Under the pieces are notes generated by a model. That model saw nothing but the letters and a program-made list of their open reading frames with translations, searched no databases and was not told the origin of the DNA. A program made the position numbers and the translations under genes. From positions 73,661 through 137,660 of the IMG/VR virus record IMGVR_UViG_3300030430_005376: DNA of 64,000 bases, one strand, 5' to 3'. Within the stretch, counting starts at the first letter, position 1. Every line of letters begins with the position of its first letter. Positions 19,068 through 26,120 of the stretch are shown piece by piece. This DNA is from a virus.

Positions 19068-19532
19068 CTACGGTATTCTGCGAGATGCTACTTGAGTAGT
19101 TATCTCTCTTATGTCATAAAATTTACTTATGACGGATTTTACTTTTTCTACGTCAAAACTTTTGCATGAGTAACAGTCAAATGAAAAATACTCTAACTCA
19201 GGAAAGGTGTGGATACTCAAGTGAGATTCAGCGATCATGGCAAACGATGAGTAACCGTATGACTCATTTTTTCTTTCTTGTAGCTTATTTCTCAGGTCTT
19301 TTGCTGATTTGCTCTCGCCAAGACCTTCAGATTCAAGATCCTGCAACACTCTTTTCATTTCGCAAGTTGCGTGAGGAAACTTAACTGTCACAGGAGGCAA
19401 TATCATTGTCATGTCAATTTCTTCTATGATGGCTTCGAGCATGCTCACACCAACCTCAGGAGAAACTAAAGACTCTGGGTTCTTCACGACTGCGTCTATC
19501 ATCAAGTGTAAACCGTCGTATTCAAAACTCAT
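19068..19532 (-). CDS. speD: Pyruvoyl-dependent S-adenosylmethionine decarboxylase family proenzyme
   Basis: GYS, IAE-SHLSIHTFPE self-cleavage motif, DCYSCKSF. Confidence 0.9.
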   Translation of the reverse strand: MSFEYDGLHLMIDAVVKNPESLVSPEVGVSMLEAIIEEIDMTMILPPVTVKFPHATCEMKRVLQDLESEGLGESKSAKDLRNKLQERKNESYGYSSFAMIAESHLSIHTFPELEYFSFDCYSCKSFDVEKVKSVISKFYDIREITTQVASRRIP

Positions 19533-20137
19533 GTCTTAGCTCCTAACACTTTAAATAGGTTTTTTCTGCCCAAATTACCTGTCCAGTGACAAGAAGAACA
19601 GCCAAAGACCAAATCAAAACTAGGTAAGTTATCTAGATTGAAATCATAGACTTCTTCTGTTTCAAACTTTAAACTCATGCCTTTAGGAAAATTTTCAGAA
19701 TCTTTGTTTCTAAACCAAGTGTACTTTATAATAGGGCTGTCTTGTAAAAAGTAAACCCAGTTACCCTCGTCTAACTCATCAATTGAATGCCATCCTTCAT
19801 AGTACACGTCGTGATGATGATCAAAATTAAAAATGCTAAAAGGCTCATCTTTCGGCAAGAAAGGTAATATTTGATGGTGATGTTCTGCTATTACAACAGG
19901 GGTGTCTATGCTGGTTTTTTCTCTAATAACACTTTTCAACAATTCTATTTTTGATTGATTTACTTCGGGTGTTGGCAGATTATTTTCTTTAAAAATCTTC
20001 ATCTGCTCTAGCAGAGATATTTTACTGCCTTCAACATAGTCTTCGTAGACGGAAATTGTAGGACTATACGCATAATCAATGTCGATAGAGAGTATATTCA
20101 CGAAACGCTTCTTTTTAATTTTAAAATTCTGATACAA
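19529..20137 (-). CDS. UPF0489-like, arginase/deacetylase-fold metalloprotein
   Basis: LSIDIDY, EHHHQI, NFDHHHD, EGNW; true start may be GTG at 20101. Confidence 0.55.
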   Translation of the reverse strand: MYQNFKIKKKRFVNILSIDIDYAYSPTISVYEDYVEGSKISLLEQMKIFKENNLPTPEVNQSKIELLKSVIREKTSIDTPVVIAEHHHQILPFLPKDEPFSIFNFDHHHDVYYEGWHSIDELDEGNWVYFLQDSPIIKYTWFRNKDSENFPKGMSLKFETEEVYDFNLDNLPSFDLVFGCSSCHWTGNLGRKNLFKVLGAKT

Positions 20138-20450
20138 CAGAATATTGAGTGTTGCCTATTTTTTTATACTCAAGTGATTTTGTTCGCTTTAAAGTGCGGT
20201 TAACCAAATTAGGATTTTCCTCAAGATGGCGCACTATCTTTCCTCTGGCGTTAGAATCTGCAGCAGTCCTTGCCAAGCTTGTCATTCCAGGTGCAATAGG
20301 TGCACTTCCTAAAGCCATAAGCTTACCATCTTTCTCAACAACTTCATCGGGATCATGATCCCAAAAACCTGCGAGGTCTGCATTTTGTTCGTCAATCTTG
20401 TCTATTGTTTCAACAATAATCTGCCTTAATTGCCTACGTGTTATTTTCAT
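20121..20450 (-). CDS. Hypothetical protein with MKITRRQLRQII-x-E leader
   Basis: ORF track; shared N-terminus. Confidence 0.75.
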   Translation of the reverse strand: MKITRRQLRQIIVETIDKIDEQNADLAGFWDHDPDEVVEKDGKLMALGSAPIAPGMTSLARTAADSNARGKIVRHLEENPNLVNRTLKRTKSLEYKKIGNTQYSVVSEF

Positions 20451-20457
20451 TGTAAAA

Positions 20458-20877
20458 TTACTCTCCTCTCAAAGCTGATTTTTTAATCATGACTTTGACC
20501 ATATCTCTGTTGTCTAGACGACTTGGATGTATCAGGAAATCAATGTCGTCGTCTTTTAAGTTGTGTCTTCGAGCAACTTGCTTAAAAATAGCGCTGAGAC
20601 CTGATATGCCTCCGAGTCGGTCCCGCACTCTAGAGTCCAGTGCCCCCTGCTTTACAAAAGTTAACACAACTAATCCTCTTCCGCCAAGAAGCTTATTAGA
20701 AGGAGGTGATCCTTTCCTATAGTTGAGCTTAGGAAGAGCAGCATCGATGGTCTTGTAAAGATCGTCTATAATAGGTTCTGCTCTTTTTTCTAATTCTTCA
20801 TAGTCTGCTACACCTGTCAATCGAGTAGGGAGTGCTTCGGAAATTATCTGCCTTAATTGTCTACGTGTGATCTTCAT
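20458..20877 (-). CDS. Hypothetical protein with MKITRRQLRQII-x-E leader
   Basis: ORF track; shared N-terminus. Confidence 0.75.
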   Translation of the reverse strand: MKITRRQLRQIISEALPTRLTGVADYEELEKRAEPIIDDLYKTIDAALPKLNYRKGSPPSNKLLGGRGLVVLTFVKQGALDSRVRDRLGGISGLSAIFKQVARRHNLKDDDIDFLIHPSRLDNRDMVKVMIKKSALRGE

Positions 20878-21191
20878 TTTATTTCTGGTCCAATATGCAT
20901 TCTAATTTGAGTTACAATACCGTTGAGTCTACCTCTAACTCTTTTGCTCATTTCTTCTCTTCTTAACATAGAATCAATATCCCGCGCAATCATTTCAAGT
21001 CGCATTCTGTCGTCAACTGGAGGCTTGCGAGGTCTATCTGATTTAAAAGCTGGATCATCCAATCCGAACTGGCCACCTGGTGGAATTGCTCCGGTGTCGC
21101 TCGACAGTGGCGCTTTGTATCCAGGTCCCGGGCCGTCTCCTGGAAAAGATTCTTCAATGATCTTTCTCAACTCTTCACGCGTGATTTTCAT
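20874..21191 (-). CDS. Hypothetical protein with MKITREELRKIIEE leader
   Basis: ORF track; 4-bp overlaps with neighbours. Confidence 0.75.
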   Translation of the reverse strand: MKITREELRKIIEESFPGDGPGPGYKAPLSSDTGAIPPGGQFGLDDPAFKSDRPRKPPVDDRMRLEMIARDIDSMLRREEMSKRVRGRLNGIVTQIRMHIGPEIK

Positions 21192-21421
21192 TTTTTACAT
21201 CCTTTAGGTAGTTGTGATTTAAGTTCTTTTTTGTAAACTTCTAGTTTTGGTTGTTCCCACTTGAGACGCGGACAGTACTCCTTGTGATCTTCTTTGTCTT
21301 GCAGAAAAAGTTCGAGCGCTTTAGCAGATCGCTCGAGGTCGTTGGCTTGTTGAGCAAAAGTGTATGTAGCTCCAAAAAGTGTGCCTGTTAAAACACACGT
21401 TACAAAAGTCACAGCCCTCAT
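21188..21421 (-). CDS. Small protein with signal peptide/TM segment
   Basis: Hydrophobic N-terminus ending in AQQA; ATGA overlaps. Confidence 0.65.
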   Translation of the reverse strand: MRAVTFVTCVLTGTLFGATYTFAQQANDLERSAKALELFLQDKEDHKEYCPRLKWEQPKLEVYKKELKSQLPKGCKK

Positions 21422-21687
21422 TCTGTCACCAGCCTTTCAATTCTACTCAGAATTTCTCTAACGTGTCCAAGATCGCTCTGAACTTTAATAAGAGTCTTTG
21501 TTGCTTCTTCTTGCTCTTCTACAGCTTCTTCTAATTCTGCAACGTGGCGCTCAAGATCACCTAAATCATTTCTAAGCTGAGCTACTTCTACGTTGACAGT
21601 CCACACCCAACCTGCAAGAGGCAAGACAAGTGCTGACATGAGAAGTGATACTGCCTTCCAAACATCGTCTTTAGTTATAGCTGCCAT
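21418..21687 (-). CDS. Single-TM coiled-coil protein (holin/XhlA-like architecture)
   Basis: TM AVSLLMSALVLPLAGWVW followed by heptad coiled coil. Confidence 0.55.
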   Translation of the reverse strand: MAAITKDDVWKAVSLLMSALVLPLAGWVWTVNVEVAQLRNDLGDLERHVAELEEAVEEQEEATKTLIKVQSDLGHVREILSRIERLVTE

Positions 21688-21688
21688 C

Positions 21689-21901
21689 TTATTCTCCTTT
21701 TAATGCTTTGCTTCTCTCAACAGCCCGAAGCTGTTTGAGAGCTTTTTTATAAGACATAGGTTTCTTAGAAAGTGCTTTTCGAGTCTTTCTACCCTTTTGT
21801 GGTTTCTTAGGGTAGACTTTGTAACCGCCCTTGACCTTTCTTATTTCTTCATCAACAATGTTTCTTATAAGTTCCCTTAAAAGGGCTGCTGGGACCTTCA
21901 C
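21689..21901 (-). CDS. Small highly basic protein with leader
   Basis: LLRELIRNIVDEE followed by a Lys/Arg-rich tail; GGAG RBS. Confidence 0.7.
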   Translation of the reverse strand: MKVPAALLRELIRNIVDEEIRKVKGGYKVYPKKPQKGRKTRKALSKKPMSYKKALKQLRAVERSKALKGE

Positions 21902-21972
21902 AGATGACTCCTGGTGAACTTAAAAACCTTTCTAATATAGATAGGCGGCAGAGATTTAAAGTACCTTGGAAA

Positions 21973-22002
21973 ACAAATCAAGCAGCCTAAAGGGCTGCTT
22001 GA
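21973..22002 (-). terminator. Intrinsic terminator
   Basis: Minus strand TCAAGCAGCC-CTTTA-GGCTGCTTGA followed by TTTGTTTT. Confidence 0.8.
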
Positions 22003-22029
22003 AGTTGCGAAATTTAAGTAATTCAGAGA

Positions 22030-22365
22030 TTACGTTAAAGATCTTCCTACAATCCACTTATCAGTTTGATAAACGCAGACGGCCATGTCACCGATGTTAG
22101 TTAAAGTAAGATCTCCTGTAGATGCGTTTGTACCCTTAAGTAGAACGTTATCTGCAGTTGTTGTTATAATAATTTTAACTGCGCCGTCTTCGGCTGTTGC
22201 TGGCAAAACTAATCCGCCGCCGGCGATGGCTGCTGTAGCGATAGTTAAAAATGTTGTAGCATCTAAGTTACCTGGGGCTGCAACTGAAGTAATGCTGTTG
22301 AGCTCGACACCCGCACCAGAGGCTTGAACCAGACCTTTGGCAGCTGTATAAGTTACTTTTGGCAT
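22030..22365 (-). CDS. Probable capsid decoration / small virion protein
   Basis: 111 aa Ala/Thr/Gly-rich beta-type sequence near MCP; AGGAGG RBS, own promoter motif and terminator. Confidence 0.5.
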   Translation of the reverse strand: MPKVTYTAAKGLVQASGAGVELNSITSVAAPGNLDATTFLTIATAAIAGGGLVLPATAEDGAVKIIITTTADNVLLKGTNASTGDLTLTNIGDMAVCVYQTDKWIVGRSLT

Positions 22366-22453
22366 AATATCCTCCTAAATTGTTCGCAAGATTCCGATAC
22401 GCTGGCGAGATCAGCTTATTATGCTTGTACCGGGCCTGCTTTAAATAGGCTTT

Positions 22454-22669
22454 CTATTTTAATTTTTCATTAATAGTTTGTGCCCAAGACCAACCTGGGT
22501 TTTTTGTCAACGCTTCTATAAGTACGTCAACTCTTGGATCTCCTCCTGATGCAGGCCTCTTTGCCAATGCTGCTTTCAGAGCAGCAACTTCTTTTCTGAG
22601 TGCTGCAACATCTCTTTCACATTTTGCGCAGCACTCCTCGGCGCTCGCTGCTTGACTTTTTCTTGGCAT
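22454..22669 (-). CDS. Small coiled-coil hypothetical protein
   Basis: CCAKC followed by heptads; GGAGG RBS. Confidence 0.7.
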   Translation of the reverse strand: MPRKSQAASAEECCAKCERDVAALRKEVAALKAALAKRPASGGDPRVDVLIEALTKNPGWSWAQTINEKLK

Positions 22670-22684
22670 TTTTTCCTCCGATAT

Positions 22685-22713
22685 TTGAAATGCTTCGTTA
22701 TAAGTATCATACT
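22685..22713 (+). promoter_or_regulatory. Sigma70-like promoter for the plus-strand gene
   Basis: TTGAAA-17 bp-CATACT. Confidence 0.55.
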
Positions 22714-22737
22714 AACCACTATTTTTCCGGAGTTAAA

Positions 22738-23067
22738 ATGATCATAAGAAACAGCAGAGTTCCCCAATGGCTTTCAATCGTGATAGATGTTTACGCAATA
22801 GCTTTGTGGCCTTTTATATTCATAAGAGACGAAGGAGATGTGACGACAGTTAACCATGAAAAAATCCACTTGCGTCAACAAGTGGAGTTATTAATCGTTG
22901 GATTTTATCTTCTGTATGCTTTTTATTGGCTTAGAAGTTATCTTAAGCAAGGTGACAAAGCCCAAGCTTACTACGACATACCTTTTGAAAAAGAAGCGTA
23001 CGCTTATGACAATGATCTAAAGTACCTTGAAAAGAGAAAAAACTACGCTTGGCTTAACTTCCTGTAG
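22738..23067 (+). CDS. Membrane-associated HExxH protein, 109 aa
   Basis: GGAG RBS before ATG 22738 (track start 22600 is probably too long); LWPFIF, NHEKIHLRQQ, PFEKEAY. Confidence 0.75.
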   Translation: MIIRNSRVPQWLSIVIDVYAIALWPFIFIRDEGDVTTVNHEKIHLRQQVELLIVGFYLLYAFYWLRSYLKQGDKAQAYYDIPFEKEAYAYDNDLKYLEKRKNYAWLNFL

Positions 23068-23482
23068 AGCCAAAACCACCAGTTCCGCGGTCTGATTCTG
23101 AAAGTTCTTCAACTTCTTCAAGTTCGATTTGAGGTCTCTCTACTATCATGATCTGCCCAATTTTATTACCAGATACGTAACTTGGTAAACTTTTCGCCTC
23201 TTCTAACTCAAGAAATTTTAGCATTATCTCGCCTCGATAATTACTGTCAATTACGCCCACGCTGTTTCTCAAGCTTAAATTTGTTTTGGACACTGAACTT
23301 CGAGGGAAGACTAATCCTACATGCCCAGCAGGTATCTCTATTGCGATACCTGTTCCGTACACGAAATTGCCTAAATCATCTATCTTTAACCAAGCTGCGT
23401 AAAGATCTAAACACGCATCACCCTCTAAAGAGTAGTGCGGTGTTTTTGCATTTGGGTGTAGCTTCTTAAATTTAACTTTCAT
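23054..23482 (-). CDS. dut: Trimeric dUTPase
   Basis: ACLDL, PRSS, GVIDSNYRGE, GQ, RGTGGFGSTG motifs. Confidence 0.95.
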   Translation of the reverse strand: MKVKFKKLHPNAKTPHYSLEGDACLDLYAAWLKIDDLGNFVYGTGIAIEIPAGHVGLVFPRSSVSKTNLSLRNSVGVIDSNYRGEIMLKFLELEEAKSLPSYVSGNKIGQIMIVERPQIELEEVEELSESDRGTGGFGSTGS

Positions 23483-23711
23483 TTCGACCCATTACAAAGT
23501 TGAACATACGGTCTGCTTCTTCGATAATCTGCTGAATTGAAACATTATCGTATTGTTTGTGTGTTTCCCACTTCATAGCTGCTTTGCCTAGAAGTATGTC
23601 CTTAGACAAGTTAAGAAGTTCCATTCTTAATGACTCTTCTGGTGTGAGAGAAGGTGGCCCAGGAACAACAACAACTTGACTTTCTTCATTTTCTATTTGA
23701 TCAATTAACAT
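23472..23711 (-). CDS. Small hypothetical protein, paralog of 23805..24008
   Basis: LRMELL...IIEEADRMFNFV; AGGAG RBS. Confidence 0.75.
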   Translation of the reverse strand: MLIDQIENEESQVVVVPGPPSLTPEESLRMELLNLSKDILLGKAAMKWETHKQYDNVSIQQIIEEADRMFNFVMGRNES

Positions 23712-23727
23712 TTAAACTCCTAAGATA

Positions 23728-23756
23728 ATAGTAACAAGATTTTGTGACAAATACAC
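23728..23756 (-). promoter_or_regulatory. Sigma70-like promoter
   Basis: GTGTAT-17 bp-TACTAT overlapping the terminator U-tract. Confidence 0.45.
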
Positions 23757-23783
23757 AAAAAAAAGGCACCTAAAAGGGTGCCT
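23756..23783 (-). terminator. Intrinsic terminator
   Basis: AGGCACC-CTTTTA-GGTGCCT followed by long T-run. Confidence 0.85.
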
Positions 23784-23804
23784 ACAAAAGAAAAGTAAAT
23801 TGTT

Positions 23805-24008
23805 CTACTTCTTTTGAACGAATGCATAAAGCTTTTCAGCTTCAGCAATAATATCCTCAGTTGTGAAAGGTGCCACTGGTTGACGTGTACCTTCTGGCTT
23901 TAGATGTTCATTTTCAAACTGACGTTGAACTCTTTCTGAGACAATTCCCATTGCCATACCGAGCAGATCTGTGCGGAGCTCGAAACCGTTTCTGTTTGCA
24001 TCACCCAT
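23805..24008 (-). CDS. Small hypothetical protein
   Basis: GFELRTDLL...DIIAEAEKLYAFV; AAGGAGA RBS. Confidence 0.8.
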   Translation of the reverse strand: MGDANRNGFELRTDLLGMAMGIVSERVQRQFENEHLKPEGTRQPVAPFTTEDIIAEAEKLYAFVQKK

Positions 24009-24058
24009 TTTATTCTCCTTTGTGTGTGTATGTGTGACGAAGCCTAAGCTTCAAAAAA

Positions 24059-24087
24059 ATTATATTAATCATTCTTAAGCTCGTAAA
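24059..24087 (-). promoter_or_regulatory. Sigma70-like promoter
   Basis: TTTACG-17 bp-TATAAT. Confidence 0.6.
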
Positions 24088-24116
24088 ACAAAAAAGGCAC
24101 CCCGAAGGGTGCCTTT
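24085..24116 (-). terminator. Intrinsic terminator after MCP with UUCG tetraloop
   Basis: AAAGGCACCC-TTCG-GGGTGCCTTT followed by TTTGTTTT. Confidence 0.9.
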
Positions 24117-24135
24117 ATAAGACCTAGAAGTTATC

Positions 24136-26073
24136 TCAGATAACGTCCATGTCGAGGCAGGTAACAGTACCGTAGAAGTCAGCGCGAACCATCTTCTTCC
24201 CGTAGCGGGTCATCACGCCCTTACGGGGTGTGAAGTCTTCGGGAGCGAAGATCGTCGGTGTGACGATGAGTGGTACGTAAGGAGCGTAGACGTAACCAGT
24301 CTCGAGGTAGGAACCTCCCTTGTAACCAACAAGAATCTTGTTGCGGGGGAAGTATGGGTCCTTGTAGACTGTGAAACGGTTGCTCAAGCTACCGATTGCT
24401 GCTGCACCGAGTGAGAACTCAGAACCGACCTGACCCTGACCATCGATCTTGATGGAGGGCTTGTAGAGGACAGAAGCTTCGAAGATTGTAGCAACTTCAG
24501 GTGAGCACACGATGAAGTTTGCTGAACCACGAAGTGTCTTTCTGTGGATCTCGTTTGCAACGTCGATGATGGTTTCAACGAGAGTCTCGTACCATTCGCG
24601 GACGGTACCAGTAAACTGAGGACCTGTTGCGAGTGAAGATGCGAGCTCAACGGATGCACCGCTTCTCTTGTTAACGAACTTACCGGGTGAACGTGACCAG
24701 AAGAAGTTCGCGCCACGAGCTTCAACGAGAAGGTCGTTGAGGATCTCACGGTCAATTTCAAGAGCGATCTGCTCAGAGAGGATCTGAGTGAGCTCGACCT
24801 CAGCGTCCATGCTGTGGTAAGCGTTCAGGTCCTGAGCGAGTTCTGGTGACCAACGAGCACGAAGCTTACGTGTGGTAGCTGTGACCGCGATGGACTCGAT
24901 CTTGATGTCAATCTCAGGGATGACAGGCTGTGGTGAAGACTCAAAGTTCGACTCAAAGGTAGGAATGGTGAGTGTTCCACCAGTGCCACCTTCTGCCTCA
25001 ACTCTATCAGCGACAGCGAACGAAGCTGTAAGGTTTGTCGCCGCGTTGTGAAGAGCGCTTTCGACACCCTGCATAACGAAGAGCACACCGGTGTCAAGGT
25101 TGCCTGCAGCAGTGCTGGCAAGTGGGTTTGGAGTGAACTTAACAGAGCCTGCTGCACCAGTCATGGTACCAAGCTGGTTGAGACGACGAACGTTAAGAAT
25201 ACCGCTACCACCCTGCACGTTTGATGCAGGAACTGAGTAGTCTGCAACTGCGCCATCATCTGTGGCAGAGAAGAGAGCGATTGACTTAACAGCAGTAGGA
25301 TCAAGTCTCTTGCCAGTGCCGCCAGTAAGAACAGAAGCTGAAACGATTAAGAACTGGTAGTCGAAGTCGCGATCAACGATGTGTTGTGTAACCTGTGGGT
25401 CGAACTGGATAAGCTTTCCGTCTGAACCACTAGTGGTAATTCTACCAGTAGAATCAACAACCTGCTGTGATCCACCACCATATGCACCGTTGTAAACAAC
25501 GAACTCTGCTGATGTACCTGTCAGTCTGACTCCTTCGTGAACGCGTGAGTAGGTAGTGCCAACGAGGTCGTACTGGCCACCTGTAGCATCAGAACCTGTG
25601 CGAACGGAAGAACCTGCTGGGTTGTTGTAAAGTGAGTCGCCCTTGTTGAAAGTAGCATCAGTACCTGCGAGGTCGCGGGAGGATCCTGACTCAAGAACGT
25701 CATCACCACCAACGTCTGAACCGTAGGTGTAGTCAAGGTAGAAGAGCAGACCGGAAGGAAGGCTCATGGGCTGAATTGAGACGAGCTCGTTTGCAACCAG
25801 ACCGCCGAAAACGCGACGAACGATTGGGAACGCGATGTTTGAGAAGCCGTCAATCTGACCGGCTGATCCGCCGCTGCCGAGAACGTTAGCTTCACGAAGA
25901 ACCTGGGCTGCCTGGTTCTCGAGAAGACGTGACATAGTCTCGCGACCTTGATCGCCGAGACCACGAAGTAGACCGGTACGGGTCCACTTCTCCATCAGTC
26001 TGTTACTTTCAGCACCAACGTGACGATCACGGATGCCTTCAGTTAACTGGTTTAAAGTAAATGAACGTGACAT
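24136..26073 (-). CDS. gp23: Major capsid protein (T4 gp23 family)
   Basis: FPIVRRVF, VSIQPMSLPSGLLFYLDY, RKLRARWSPELAQDL, EIDREIL, YAPYVPL, PRKGVMTRYG. Confidence 0.95.
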   Translation of the reverse strand: MSRSFTLNQLTEGIRDRHVGAESNRLMEKWTRTGLLRGLGDQGRETMSRLLENQAAQVLREANVLGSGGSAGQIDGFSNIAFPIVRRVFGGLVANELVSIQPMSLPSGLLFYLDYTYGSDVGGDDVLESGSSRDLAGTDATFNKGDSLYNNPAGSSVRTGSDATGGQYDLVGTTYSRVHEGVRLTGTSAEFVVYNGAYGGGSQQVVDSTGRITTSGSDGKLIQFDPQVTQHIVDRDFDYQFLIVSASVLTGGTGKRLDPTAVKSIALFSATDDGAVADYSVPASNVQGGSGILNVRRLNQLGTMTGAAGSVKFTPNPLASTAAGNLDTGVLFVMQGVESALHNAATNLTASFAVADRVEAEGGTGGTLTIPTFESNFESSPQPVIPEIDIKIESIAVTATTRKLRARWSPELAQDLNAYHSMDAEVELTQILSEQIALEIDREILNDLLVEARGANFFWSRSPGKFVNKRSGASVELASSLATGPQFTGTVREWYETLVETIIDVANEIHRKTLRGSANFIVCSPEVATIFEASVLYKPSIKIDGQGQVGSEFSLGAAAIGSLSNRFTVYKDPYFPRNKILVGYKGGSYLETGYVYAPYVPLIVTPTIFAPEDFTPRKGVMTRYGKKMVRADFYGTVTCLDMDVI

Positions 26074-26120
26074 GTTTTAACTCCTTTATGTAAAATTATG
26101 TCTATAAGTTTGTGAACAGT

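Noticed and set aside
22600-22737. Extended N-terminus of the plus-strand ORF
   Set aside because: It overlaps the antisense 71-aa gene; the promoter and RBS support a start at 22738
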